NCBI RefSeq assembly: GCF_902459465.1 | Contig: NC_047064.1 | Coordinates: 2,480,001 to 2,544,000 of the forward strand | Length of the DNA: 64,000 nt | Direction of reading: 5' to 3' | Source: Asterias rubens | Lineage: Eukaryota | Shown here: positions 1-13,322 of the stretch, piece after piece | Numbering within the stretch: position 1 is the first letter of the stretch | Layout of the letters: the number at the start of each line of letters is the position of its first letter | Translations under genes and position numbers: made by a program | The notes under the pieces: model-generated | The model's input: only the letters and a program-made list of their open reading frames with translations | Database searches by the model: none | What the model was told of the DNA's origin: nothing

Positions 1-439
1 AGACTCGGATAGGATCAAACGTCTGGTAACAACAAGTTTTGCATTTATACCACAAATCATTTGTTTGGTAACTTGGGTTGTGAGGCATTACATGGTTAGT
101 ATCAATGTATTCGTTTGATGTAAGTGCCTCAGAAAAAAACAGCGGAAAATCATTCTGTGTTCATAAAATACATAGACTGGATTAGGGTTGTGAAGCTTCA
201 TTGCTATGTATTTTCCATCGTCTTGTTTGGATCGATTCAGTCCATGGTGTGACGTCACAGTGATGTTTTGATTCTCTAGGGGCTTTTTGTGAATCTCTGC
301 ATTTTTGTTCAGCGTGACACTGATCAAAATGTGTTAATTTCTTTTGAGTTTTCTCAATTATTTAATCATTACACTCTCATTAACGATGATTATTTCATTC
401 AAGTTGGTCTTTAAAAAGACTTTCCTAGAACGTTTCTAG

Positions 440-777
440 TTAAAGGCAGTGGACACCATTGTTAATAAGTCAAAATTGGTAATTATTAGCATAAAACCTT
501 TGGTAACGAGTAATGGCCAGAAGTTGATAGTATAAAACATTGTAAGAAACGGCTCCCTCTGAAGTAGCGTAGTTTTTGAGAAAGAATTAATTTTCCACAA
601 ATTTGAAAGCGCACAACTTCATGTGGCAAGGGTGTTTTTTTCTTTCATTATTATCTCGCAACTTCGACAGCCAATTGAGTTCAAATTTTTAAAGGTTTGT
701 TATTTTATGCATATGTTGGGATGCACCCAGTGAGAAGAGTGGTCTTGACAATTACCAATAGTTTCAAGTGTCATTAA
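440..777 (+). mobile_element. MITE family A copy (internally deleted)
   Basis: Same TIR and internal blocks (aaacggctccctctgaag, gagttcaaattt, gtgagaaga). Confidence 0.85.
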
Positions 778-3236
778 TTGATGACTAATATTGAAAATGA
801 TACTCAATTTCTTTCAACAATCCGTCTCCACAACCTCCCCAATTGATTCCACAGAAAGATCTTTCACTTTCAGCTTCAAAATTGTTATTTTGTTCACACA
901 CCATGTGAAGTTGATGATGCGTGTTCACTAGTTGATCGTTAAATTTCTTAATTGCTGACAGACCTGTTCAATTATGCAGGTGTTTCATACAAAACTAGTT
1001 TCAGAAGAAAGTATTTTGACTTTCATTTTAATCACTGTGAGCTGGGTATTTTATTAGGTTTGTACTGAGGGTTTCTTCTTAGAAAGGAGTTAATCTTATT
1101 TTAATGTTTCTTTAATTAAAACTGATGTAGAAAGCATGTAGTTTGTTCTGAAAAGTGCATTAGACTTTTAATATGTTTTCCATGAGATTGGTATTTGATT
1201 ACAGTTGTCAGTTGAGCACAAAGTTAGACTTAATTGATGTTGCAAATCTTTTAAGAGACATTTTAATTAATGTCGCAGTTGCTCTGATCTGTTACAGTAA
1301 TTAAAATACAAGACTGGTAAAGATTACAAATATTGTTTAGTTTAGTCTAAAACCCTACTGATTATAAAGTTAATACTGGAACCTTTTTTTTCTGTGAATT
1401 CTTTTCCACCTCAAATGAAGTTATTTGAAAAACTATTTCTAAAAACCAACTTTTACAAAACATCAGTTAGTATTGTTTGAAGCCTTGCACGTTGGGATAA
1501 ATAGGAAGAACTATAAATAAATAGAAACATGCGGGTACAACCATGTGTAAATTGTGGGAGTGTTGGCTCTGAAAATAGCTGGTGGGTTAACTCTGCTCGT
1601 CTTCAGGAGAATACTCTGCTCGTCTTCAGTTGTTTTCTTGTTCTTCTTTTTTCTGTGAGAGTTGTGGTATTTGGTTGTTTGTCAAATGAGCGCACACCGT
1701 GTGACTTAAATTGATTGGTTTAATAATTTGTGCAACATGCTTTGTTGATGATGGATACTTGTGCATCTTACCATAGTATTTAAAAACAAGTTACACTCGA
1801 CTTATCTCACTTGACTGGAGTAAAGAGTCGTGTCAGATCTTCTCTTGTGGGAACCAGCTGTTTACTCATTGTCTTAAGCCCCTTCTAATTACTCTAAAAT
1901 GCATGCTTTTTATGAGATTTCTCTGAGTGAAATCAACTGTTCTTGGCTTTGTCTTAAAAAGATTTGTAAAGGGCAATGACTAGGGGGCATGGAGGCAATC
2001 GCCTCCGTTGCCTCTGTGAAGTATCAGGCCTGCTTTACTCTTAAGAGTGATTAGCAAACATATCTTTCCTTTATGTGTGCATTTTATTTTACTTGCCTCC
2101 ATGAAGGAAGTTTGCCCAAACTTCAAAGGTGTATTGTCAAAACTTAATCGTTTTAATGTATTTATGATAGAAACCACAACCAGTTCATTAGTCTTATGAA
2201 ATTACATAGAGGACCCCATGTTCTTTTGTGGCACGTCATATAACTTTCTCACAGATGGTCAGACACTTAAAACCCCCAGAATATTTCCTTTGCACGCAGT
2301 ACCGTTAGTTGCCTCCCAGTTATCTGTAGCAATTGCTTTGTGTGACAAGCCCGTTCCTTGACGGGAATTTAAATGTAGTCGGAGAATGCTGCATTGATCT
2401 TTGTCAATTGCTACAGTGCTTCATTGCACTTGCGTGCCTGATATAATTGCCATTTCATAGACTTGCAGATTCCCTAAAGACTTCACCCAGACACTAGACA
2501 AATCAGTTATTTTCTGAAGAAAACCTGATAGTACTCTGCATTAATTGACCACAGGGGACCGTAAAAGGAGAGAAGTTTCAGTAAACATGAGTATTTTGGT
2601 GACAATTATAAGCCAGAGCTCTTATTTCCGATGGATGAATGAGCACGCTAGACATGGCAGATGGAGCTTTTCCCCACGAATATAAAATCTTTTCGCCTGA
2701 ATGCAGAAAAAAAGTGCACTAGATTGGGAGAATTGTGTTGACAATTGATACTGTCTAAAAATGTAGCGTTAACACTTCTGCAATTATTGATTGAAGCCTA
2801 GTCAATGAGGCAAGTGTTCAAATAGAACTTTCAAAAGGTTTTTTGAGCCGGTGGTGAGGTGGGTTGGGGTGGGGGGGGGGTTGAGGTTTTAAGTGAAGTT
2901 GGTTCAAATAACATGCATAGTGAACAAAGCGGTTGGAATCAATTATTTTCTCTTCTGTTATGGTAGTTGTCTTCTATAGTCAATGGTAACTATAACTTGG
3001 TCTAGTCCCATGGGGGCCATTATCTGGTCGGATATTGTTTCAGAAAATATCTAGAAGAGTTGCTTCTGGTTTCCTGTGAAGGGTTTTTCACCCAAGACCT
3101 GTACTTTTCACATTTTTATGGATCATTGAGAGTGCTGTATGTATTTACTCTTGGTTTACCCATTACTGGATCAAACGACAGTCGTGGTTATTGCACTGAT
3201 ACCTGTCTACTCCTGGTGACAAAAGAATATAATAGC

Positions 3237-3400
3237 ACGCCTGGAATTTCATCTTTGAAAGGGCAAGGCCGTTTTCATTTTCAAAGGGCACTTCCATTGG
3301 AATATCTTAAAGTCAATGGGAAACTTTTTGGGGCACCAAAGCCAAAACCAGGGGCAACGGAGGTCACTGCCTCCTTTGCCTGCGTGTAATTGCAGGCCTG
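3237..3400 (+). mobile_element. Dispersed 150-200-bp repeat family F with CAGGCCTG-like ends (copies near 5917, 7865, 9640, 20800, 39424, 42787, 53505, 61595)
   Basis: Recurrent blocks aagggcaagg, agggcac, ccagggc(a)atggaggcaat(c)gcctcc between aggcct termini; superfamily unresolved. Confidence 0.7.
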
Positions 3401-3736
3401 GTGTAGACACTTGAATCACATTATAAATGTCTTTTGTACAATTCAAAACACAATGAAGACCTGGATTGCCTTGGCAGTCCATGACCTTTTGTCGGCGTGG
3501 TTCCCCCCCTTTGACAAATCATGTCTGTTTAAGAGATGTTCAATTTTTATCCCCGATGCAACCAATTTAACATCTCACCAATTGCTAAAATATAGGTTTC
3601 GAACTGCCTCTAGCAATTTGAGTGGTCTAGTTTGTAAAACACTGCTCTAGAATTGCATGGGTCTTGGGCTCGAATCCCAACCGACCTGATTAATATGCCA
3701 CTGATTTTATTTTATGACTCTGGAAAGAACCGAGTA

Positions 3737-4122
3737 TTAAAGACAGTGGACACTATTGGTAATTGTCAAAGACCAGTCTTCTCACTTGGTGTGTCTCAAC
3801 ATATGCAATAAATAACTAACCTGTGAAAATTTGAGCTCAATTGGTCGTCAAAGTTGCGAGATAATAATGAAAGAAAAAACACCCTTGTCACACGAAGTTG
3901 TGTGCGTTTATACGGTCAATTTCGAGACCTCAAGTTCTAAACTTGAGGTCTCGAAATCAAATTCGTGGAAAATGACCTCTATCTCGAAAACTACTCCACT
4001 TCAGAGGGAGCCGTTTCTCACAATGTTTTATACTGCCAACCTCTCCCCCTTACTCTTTACCAAGTGAGGTTTAATGCTTATAATTATTTTGAGTAATAAC
4101 CAAGAGTGTCCACTGCCTTTAA
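3737..4122 (-). mobile_element. MITE family A copy (reverse orientation)
   Basis: TTAA at both ends with TIRs; ends about 100 bp upstream of the ILF2 exon at 4224. Confidence 0.9.
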
Positions 4123-4192
4123 ATGCTAACATACATGACATACATAGGGTAAGTTAAGAGTAAGATCAAAATTAAAATTAATGTTTGACTGA

Positions 4193-4411
<219 letters not shown>

Positions 4412-4684
4412 TGAGAAAATACAGTTGAGCTGAAAAATATATAAACAAATAGAAAAGAACTTGAGTGCATCAGTGGCATAACCAGACATTCTACTTTGAA
4501 GCGGGGGCATGCAGGGGCAAATGCTTTTTAAAATAACTTATTAATTTAAAACAATTATTATTCTGATGATAATTTTTTCATTGGGGAGCCTTTAGGCCTG
4601 GGCGAATATGTTGAATATCTGGTTAATGGCGAATAGTTATTCCTAACCGTAACCGCGAATACCGTTTTTGACCTAAACGGATAT

Positions 4685-4790
4685 CCGCAAGGGGCGTAAA
4701 TACCTTTTAATTAACCGGATAGTTCTCTAATTACAACCGCAAGGGGCGCAAATACCTTTTAATTAACCGGATAGTTCTCTAATTACAACC
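4685..4790. repeat. 52-bp tandem duplication in a CpG-rich TE-like segment
   Basis: ccgcaaggggcg(t/c)aaataccttttaattaaccggatagttctctaattacaa x2. Confidence 0.95.
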
Positions 4791-5437
4791 AAGAAGCCGG
4801 GTTCCTATTATCCGCGATCGTCGGGACGACGACCGATAGGAATGTTTTGTCTGAATCCTTATGAAACTTCTATTAAGACAGCAAAACACAGCAAAAAATT
4901 AAGTATTAAACTGTGCTCACTTCGGTAAAGAGTTAAAACAATGACTTCCAACGTTTTTTGTTGAAAAGATTACGAAAGTTTTCCTTCTAAACGACGACAT
5001 TGAGTCAATCATGATATCAAAAGAAAAAGCAAATCGCCATCTTTAAATTAGATCCAGTTATTTTTATGAATGAACCGGGTGACACTGTCTAAAACTAATA
5101 TCAATCCGCCCATACGTCACACGGTCGCAAGGTCTCATTCACAAATTAATAACCACAAACGAACGAAATATTGTTATTTGATACGAGGAGCAAGACCAAG
5201 ATGGAGGTAGCATGACAAAGGTCTATTGTTGGCAGTCTCTCTTTTGGGTCAATATCGTTGTTATGGGTGCAAGCCAGAAGCCATACAACCTATAACTGCC
5301 CCTCCCATTTCCCGAACTTCTTATTTCACAAAGTATTTAGATCCAGAACTCTTACAAGGTGGACCTCGAGGTAGTTATTGTCAGCTTTTTAAAACCTGTT
5401 TGTGTTTTTCTGGTGTGATTGATTATTTTCTGTGCAG

Positions 5438-5516
5438 TGCCCATGAAGGTTATGAAGGGATCATTAGCCGCTGTGAGACATGCTCGCTGGTTTGAGGAAA
5501 ATGCGCAGCATTCTAG
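5438..5516 (+). CDS. ILF2: ILF2 coding exon, 79 bp
   Basis: ttttctgtgcag acceptor, gtaag donor. In frame with the previous exon: LPMKVMKGSLAAVRHARWFEENAQHS, containing the NF45 motif LAAxRHARWFEENA. Confidence 0.96.
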
Positions 5517-6143
5517 GTAAGAAAGAATCAATTGTGTATTCTAAATTGTATCATCTTGGAGGTTTTGGGTCTTGGATATAGTAACCAAATGACAACTTGC
5601 ACGTACGACAGATTTCTTTTTGCCAGAAGTATTTGGCACATTGTGGGATTTAAAGGCAGTGTCCACATTGGTAAATGTCAAAGTTCAGTACATGTGTGCT
5701 CCTCATTTGGTGTGCCTTTAAAATCGGGATTTTCCGTAATCAAGAGAAGACTTTTTAACTCTTCATAGATGTGCAAAACTAAAACTAAAGTAACAGGTCA
5801 TCACTTTTGGTTCCGTTTATACTACAACTATTTGTGCTGTTCTAGTAACATGTACATAATTTTTTTGCCTTTGGGAAAAATCAGAGAAATTGTGATTAAG
5901 TAGCCTGAAACATGTACACAGGCCTGATACTCCATGGAGGAAACGAAGGCGATTGCCTCCATTTCCCCTGGTCATTGCCTTGGTGCCCTTGAAATGCTCC
6001 AGTACAAATTACAATTACATCATAGGGTGCCCTTTACCAAGGAGAAAATACCTTGGTGCCCTTGCCCTTTCAAAAATGAAGCATACAGCCCTGCATGTAC
6101 ATAGGTCAGCCTGTGTGTACATGTACTTGATCAAATTGTCTTA

Positions 6144-6271
6144 GGCCGTGTCCGAAACGGCGACTTCGGCTACAGCTACGGCTAGATCGCGCGCGTCTGC
6201 TATTCTTCAACACTGGTAGACGCGCTGATCTAGACGTAGCTGTAGCCGAAGTCGTCGTTTCGGACTTGGCC
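6144..6271. mobile_element. Young PIF/Harbinger-type MITE with TTA target-site duplication
   Basis: TTA|GGCCGTGTCCGAAACGGCGACTTCGGCTACAGCTAC...GTAGCTGTAGCCGAAGTCGTCGTTTCGGACTTGGCC|TTA; CpG-rich. Confidence 0.85.
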
Positions 6272-8343
6272 TTACTTTATCCAAGGGGTAAACATCATGC
6301 CTGTTGTAAACAGCGCCCTCTGCTGCTCAAATATGTTTATGATTAGTGTTCAATTCACCTTAACATTATGAGTAATGTTATCAGCAAACCCTGAATTGAC
6401 TGACAGTATGTATTTGTATTATGAATAAAATGGACGTACATATGTACTTCATGAGAACATTTTAACAAATCTATCACTTGAAACTGAAATTTCACACAAA
6501 AAAGCAGTTGGCTTTGATAAATGACTGACGACTCCTTCTAGAATGGTTAACATTTTTAACTGATTTAGGGGATATGGTTAGAAGGATAATTCTGGATCGA
6601 ACAAAAACAAAATTGACTACAGCAGGACTGGATTAACGTACCTGTGCTCTGAGCTATCTAGCCTTGTGTTGGCGGTCTACCTGCTTTGTCAGGGATCACA
6701 TTCACTTTAACGTTACAATCTGGGGAGGGATCACCTTATGGGGATGCAACTTTTTGTTTCAAACATTACGTGATAAACCACTAGGGAAATGGACTGGGTA
6801 AATTTATTAGACATGAGAAGATGAGGCTGTAAACTACTAGTCTACTTAGCGGTAGCGGGTGTTTCTTACCAGTGTATGCAGTGGTTTGAACTAATAAACA
6901 GATATATATCATCAACTGAAATTAGATTGAAAAGTTCTTGGACTGATAAAAACAGCTGTAAAACATGGGCATTAATGCTAAAAGAGTTCTGTTTCATGAA
7001 TTAGACTTTATGATTAGCTTTCTGCAAACATTTTGTAGTTTGAGAATTCCAAATTACTTTGTCATTGACTTGTGTGCCGGAGTAAATTAATTCATAAACA
7101 CTCATTATTTATCACACACAACAGGTTCTGTGAAGTTTTTTATGGATTCAATTAAATTCAATTGTTTAATTGTTTTATTCTACACACATATATACAATAT
7201 ACAGTGAAATTCACTTTGGCTTTCGAGTCTAAATTTTTTTTAAATGACATAAAACCCTCCACAAAGGCAAATGATTAGTATTCAAGTGGTTGCTTTCATT
7301 CAAGAAGACAAACTTATTGATTAATCAGAAGTACAGGGCAGTATGTAGCTGGACAAGTTACTTTAAAACTTACATTAATTTTGGCTTTCAGAGCTCATTC
7401 AGAGCTAAAAGAATAGACTCAATTTTCTGAAGAACAAAAATAGCAGAGCAAGTTTTTTCAGAACTAAACATGGTGAATTGTTATCAGAGCTAAATTCTAA
7501 ACTGGATGGATTGCTATCTGAAATAAATTCTACTACCTGGCAGTAAATAAATAGGACCATTTTTTTTTCCTAACTGAATTCCAACCAGTGAAAGTGGATA
7601 ATATCACACGATGTTATCGTAATCCAAAGCCTTGTTATTGTTTGCCATCATCCCTATTGTTATTAAAGCGATGTTATTCTACACTTGTCATAACATTTGT
7701 TGTCCTTCATGGAATCGCAAACACTCTGAGGAATGCGGACAAGGTTGTTTGGTCTAACTGTCATTAAATGGGGCATGGGGTCACTGTTCAGAAAATAGTC
7801 AGATACCTGACTCTGTTATTTTGTTGTTTCTGTAATTCTGACAGCAGATTGTCTCGGCCCAATCAGGCCCGTATGCTTCATTTTTAGAAGGGCAAGGGCA
7901 CCAAGGCAGTTTCTCCTTGGTAAAGGGAATCCTATGAATGAGGATATTGTAAGATTCAACTGGAGCATTTCAAGGAAGGCAATGGCCTTTGTTGCCTCCG
8001 TGAAGAATCAGGCCTGCCCAATTTCATGGCTCTGCTTACCATAAGCAAAGAATCGGTGCTTACAGAAGCAGGGAAATCTTTACTTGTGTCAAGCAAAATT
8101 TCATGGCCTAGCAGGGAATTTTTGCTTGTTACTACATTGTGCATTGTACATTTTGCAGAAATTTGGCGTTTGCCGAGCAAGCCAAGAATGGCGATCGTAA
8201 GCGCAGAATTCGGCGATTAACAGATCCATGAAATTAGGCCCAGATTATTAAACAGATTCCTATATGTATTAATATATTGGCACTTCAAATTTCAGCGTTT
8301 CGATGTTCAATATAACATTAATTAATCCTCATTCTTTAATGGT

Positions 8344-8691
8344 TTAAGGATTCGGGTACTTTTTCAAAATGTCCACAGATTTACATTAAACTTACAGGGT
8401 TTGAAGATAATGATAGTGGAAAGCTTCCCTTCAAATATGACTAACTGAGGTTGTGCAGTTTTTGAGAAATGAGTAAAACAAGCCACAAAATAATTGTCGT
8501 AAAATCCCATTAACCAGTTATGATATTATACCAAAACCATAGCATAACTATACTCATTTCTCAAAAACTACAGCACCTCAGTAAGTGAAATTTCAAGGGA
8601 AGCTTTCTACTATCATGATCTTCCAACTGTGTAAGTTTAGTGTAAGTGAACATTAAGTTTTGTGTTAGGAAAAAGTACATAGACTCTTTAA
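8344..8691. mobile_element. MITE family C (TTAA-flanked, AGG(A/G)TTCGGGTACTTTTT-type TIR)
   Basis: ttaaggattcgggtactttttc...aaaagtacatagactctttaa with long imperfect internal inverted arms. Confidence 0.7.
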
Positions 8692-9020
8692 ATAGTTCTC
8701 AATCCGAGAAAGAATGACATCATCGTGTCGTCTTATTGAATGGTCCTTGCTTTCGTTAAAACAACTTGAAGTGTCTGTAACTGGGGCAAGTTTACATTTC
8801 ATATTTGATGGATCATTTTGGATCAGAGCTCCGTAACTGAAGTACAGAAGTACTTGACAATTTAATTAAGTTCAGCTATGGTTTACAGAACATGGACAGG
8901 TTTTTTGATCGCCAAATCCGTATCGGGTGGTAGCCAATAATGGAGTAAATCCCCGTAACTGGGTTTACGCACATTGGCGCCAAGGGTCCTGGTGGTAGTT
9001 AATTTACTCATGAAGCAGTT

Positions 9021-9340
9021 TTAAAGGCACTGGACACCTTTGGGAATTGTCAAAGACCAGTATTCTCACTTGATGTATCCCGGCATTATTAATACATTAA
9101 CAAATTGTGAAAATTTTTACTCAATCAATTGGTCATCCAAGTTGCAAGAGTAATGAAAGAAAAACACTGTGTGCTTTCAGATGCCTAAAAAAGGCTTCAG
9201 GCGTGAAGTCTTTTAATATTTGAATGAGAAATTACCTCTTTCTTAAAAACTTTATTACTTCAGTGGGAGCTGTTTCTCACAATGTTAAATATACTATCAA
9301 CAGCTCCCCATCGCTTGTTACTAAGTAAGTTTTCATGCTG
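9021..9340 (-). mobile_element. MITE family A-related copy (reverse, partial)
   Basis: ttaaaggcactggacacctttgggaattgtcaaagaccag start plus internal homology. Confidence 0.75.
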
Positions 9341-9954
9341 TCAAATGTTTTTTAGAAAGCACCCAGCACTTTTGCCAGCTGTTTGCGGTTGACGACTGGA
9401 CTTCGGTGTGTTTAAAAAAAAAAAAAGTACCATGTTGTGTTGATATTTTACCATTCCAATAGCTTGTAGATTATTTTAATGAAATGTTTAACTGTTAATT
9501 GCATACATGTAATTTGTTTTAGCCGATAGTTAGTTGAACTTCAAGTTGATAAACACACCTGGTGGTGGCTGATTTACCCCTCAAAACACCACGACTGGTT
9601 TTGAGTGGTAGACTAGCCATGTGGAGAATCAAGAGGGGAAGAGCACCAAGGCATTTTCTCCTTCGTAAAGGGCACCCTATAAGGAAATTGTAAATCTCTA
9701 CTGGAGCATTTCAAGGGCACGAAGGCATTGACCAGGGGGCATGGAGGCAATCGCCCCGATGCCTCCTTAAAGTATCAGGCCTGCACCTTTCAGCGCAACT
9801 ATTTTTTATCATTTAATTTCCCGTAAAACTTCTGCCAGGACTTTAACCTCTGACAGAGAAAGTGCAGCCTGCATTTACAAATAGGCATTTCCCTCTCCGA
9901 TTTGACGGGTATGTGACGATATCGATGAATGTAAAATGTATGTTAAGTGCCTGA

Positions 9955-10149
<195 letters not shown>

Positions 10150-10324
10150 TAAAGGCACTGTAGCTGATTTCACCAAACGTTAGGATTAATCTTATTAGGA
10201 TGAGTAACTCGTCCTAACTTAGGAATGGGTTGTGTACTGTCTTGATGGTTATGGAACTTTTAAGTTCTGTAACTTTTAAGTTCCGTAACCGTAAAGCTAG
10301 TATTCATCCGAAGTCCTAAGAATA

Positions 10325-10477
10325 GATTTTATAGATAGATAGATTTATTTATTGTCCACGTTAAAAAAACATTGAAACTTGACATCCACTGGCAAATTAC
10401 AAGAATACACAATCAATATCAAAACTATATAAATTACAAAACAAGTTAAGTTAGAAATACAAAGCAAGAAAAGACCC
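10325..10477 (-). mobile_element. Short retroposon 3' end with (TCTA)n tail inserted in a MITE
   Basis: (gata)n tract plus A-rich body interrupting a cctaag-repeat MITE; GAATA duplicated at 10320-10324 and 10478-10482. Confidence 0.55.
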
Positions 10478-10502
10478 GAATAATCCTAAGTTAGGAAGAG
10501 TT

Positions 10503-10870
10503 TGGCTGGACACCTTTGGTAATTGTCAAAGACCAGTATTCTCACTTGGTGTAGCCCATCATGTGCATAAAATAACAATTTGTAAAAATTTTGGCTCAAA
10601 TGTCATTAAAGTTGCAAGGTAATAATGAAAGAAAAACACCATTGTTGCACAAGTTTGTGTGCTTTCAGATGCCTAATAAAGGGCTTCAGGCCTGTAGTAT
10701 TTTATTGTGTAAGTGAGAAATTACCTCTTTCTCAACAACTATGTTACTTTAGAGGGAACTGTTTCTCATAATGTTTTATACCATCAACAGCTCTCCATTG
10801 CTTGTTACCAAGTATGTTTTTATGTTAACTATTACCTTGAGTAATTACCAATAGTGTCCAGTGCCTTTAA
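10503..10870 (-). mobile_element. MITE family A-related copy (reverse)
   Basis: ctggacacctttggtaattgtc...aattaccaatagtgtccagtgcctttaa. Confidence 0.8.
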
Positions 10871-10877
10871 AGATCTG

Positions 10878-11044
10878 CCGTCGACTTCACAAAGAGTTCC
10901 GACTCGTCTTATGTCGAGTTAGGACAAGCAACTCGTCCTAACTTAGGATTAATCTTAAGGTCTGCATGCTACAGTGCAGGGTTGGGATTCGTCCTAAGTC
11001 CTAAGATTAGTCTTAAGTTAGGAAGAGTTTTGTGAAGTCGACGG
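10878..11044. mobile_element. MITE family with GTCGA(C/T)TTCACAAAGAG TIRs and internal cctaag/ttagga motifs; also 39243-39402, about 10160-10505 and about 60565-60885
   Basis: ccgtcgacttcacaaagag...agagttttgtgaagtcgacgg. Confidence 0.8.
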
Positions 11045-13137
11045 CAGTTCTCTGTCTTTTTCTCTCTCTCAAGGCTATTGGCTTTCTAAAGGGTGGCATA
11101 GGATAGGGACAGCAAAATTGCATTGAACTTGTTGATAAAGAACTACATGTAATTCTGATTTCATTTCCCAACCATCTACAGAGTTGCAGACTCTCCCTGA
11201 TTCTGCACAATATTCCCTCAAAAATAAACCAATCTTTCCATCATCTTTTCCCTATTATGTTGAAGGTAATTCTAAATATCTCCCCTGATTGTTGTACAAA
11301 ATCTCCCTGATTGCAAGTGTTGGTAGCTCTGCATCTGTGAGCAAAGTACTAACTTGTGAAGTCACAAAAGATCCGCACAAAGATAAGGTCTTGATTTCAC
11401 CAAAGAGCTAAGATTGCTCTCAACTGCAAATTGGTCTTAAATGCTTAGCAGAGTGTGATGACACAATACAACTTACCATAGGTATAATGGGAACATGTCA
11501 TAATGAATTGTATCACTTTGTGAAACCGAGCACTGGACTGCCTGGTTGTACACAGCTCCATGGAAGAAAGACAATAATATCTTTACATTTTATGGCGTTG
11601 CAGTGTACAATTTGTTAAACATTTTTCTTTATTTGGAAAACGGGTAGTACATTTTTGGGTGCGAAACTTTAATATCTGTAGAAGCTTGGATCAAAACAGG
11701 TAAAACTATATTTCCTGCTTTGAAATGCCCTGAGCTGCACAATACATGTTCATTGTTAGTGATACGCGCTGGCATGGTTTAAAGGAAAGTGCGCCCTAAC
11801 TTCACTTTAAATTTGTATAGAAAATCTAAATCCCAACCCACTCAATGCTTCCCAACCGATATACCGTGGATTCTTTAAGAATTCAGACACTGGATGTTGA
11901 CCTCTTTGATTGCCCTAAAAGAGTTCAATTGCTGCCATCAAGAACAGAAGAGCAATTCTGGCCCTGGGCTGATGTGTGTAAAGCAACATGCAAACACCTT
12001 CCACACCGGTGACGATGGTGTTACTCGGGGGCACAATTTAATGTCCTAAAATTCTTCACATTTTGTTGAAACAGCTGTGAAGAGACGCGGCCGAAAGCGT
12101 CCGAGTTTATTGCCACTGTACTTGAACATACATTGTACTTCGTCCTACGTCTGTGCTGAAAGGTTCCATTATGTGGGTGTTTTAAATATTTCTTGAATGT
12201 GTTCGGTTTTACTCCTGTCCGCTATTTATACGGCGGGGTCGGGTAGAAGAAGCAGAATTGAGATTTGGGACTCTTTAGAGCCAAACTTCTTTATTGCAGT
12301 GCTCTTTATTACGAGAGTTGACTGTATTATTGTGGAGCACGTTGTCTGCCTTATGGCCATGTCACGTGAGGCAAGTTTTACTGGCACCTTGGAGGCATTC
12401 AACTGCACTGCAAGCAAAACAAGCACTTTATTAGCACCAAAGACGTTTTCAAATCTAGGTATTGTCCTACTCAAAATTCCAAAGAAAATGTTTTGGGCAT
12501 TATGTAATGAGAATAGTTTTTCTTAGAAGTTTCTCAGAACAAAAATTGAGACCAACCCAAGAACTGACTCCGCGGTAGTACAGTTAATATAAGCTACAAA
12601 ATCTCAAAAACAGATTCAAATTTGGGTGTAAAAATACTGATGTCTTTTTCCATAACTGCAATCACATAACTTCTTAATTAAATGGTTCGCGAAATGCTTT
12701 ATACCATCGAAACATGCTGTTTGTCTAACCAAGTTCAGTTCAGTTCAGTTTGGTTTCCACTCAATCATTTCAGATGACAAGATATAACATAGAGTAGTAA
12801 AGATACACAATAGATTAAGTGGTGGAGGACGTTATACTACCATTAGTTTAAGGAGTGATTACCAAACACATACCCTCCCTTTAATAACATGTTTGTCTCA
12901 GATTCATGTACAATAATTATAATACCACGATTGATAGTAAATAGGTTTTGTGTGGCTGAATTGTTAGGTTATTTTAGGGACTTCTCGCCAGGGCAGCTGT
13001 GGTGCAGGCTGCTGATGTGAGCGGCAGCTTAGGGGGCATAGCGGTTTTTAAATAGATCTACATGTACATAGATCAGGCTTAAAAATAACCTACAGCACCC
13101 ACAGCATTAGCCGTGGTGCCCTGGGCTTTTGCTGTGG

Positions 13138-13320
13138 TGCTACAAGGTGCTACAAGTCGCACCTTCTCTCATTTTGCTCCCAACACCTGGAATGCACTCA
13201 CCTTCCCAATCAGGGAATCTGACTCTCTACGCACATTCAAGAAGTGTATCACACATTATCTATACCTAACCGAATGTGCTGCGTTCTTGACGTAGTGGCA
13301 CTTTACAAATGCCTTAAACA
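13138..13320 (+). mobile_element. L2/CR1-group LINE 3' fragment
   Basis: Encodes SRTFSHFAPNTWNALTFPIRESDSLRTFKKCITHYL, resembling the L2/CR1 ORF2 terminal motif, followed by an L2-like tail (gtggcactttacaaatgc). Confidence 0.7.
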
Positions 13321-13322
13321 TG

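Noticed and set aside
3831-4067. Recurrent ORF MSSIGRQSCEIIMKEK.../MLDFETSNSK... (also 25144, 27253, 30581, 47964, 54361)
   Set aside because: Chance reading frames of non-autonomous MITE family A, with frameshifts differing between copies.
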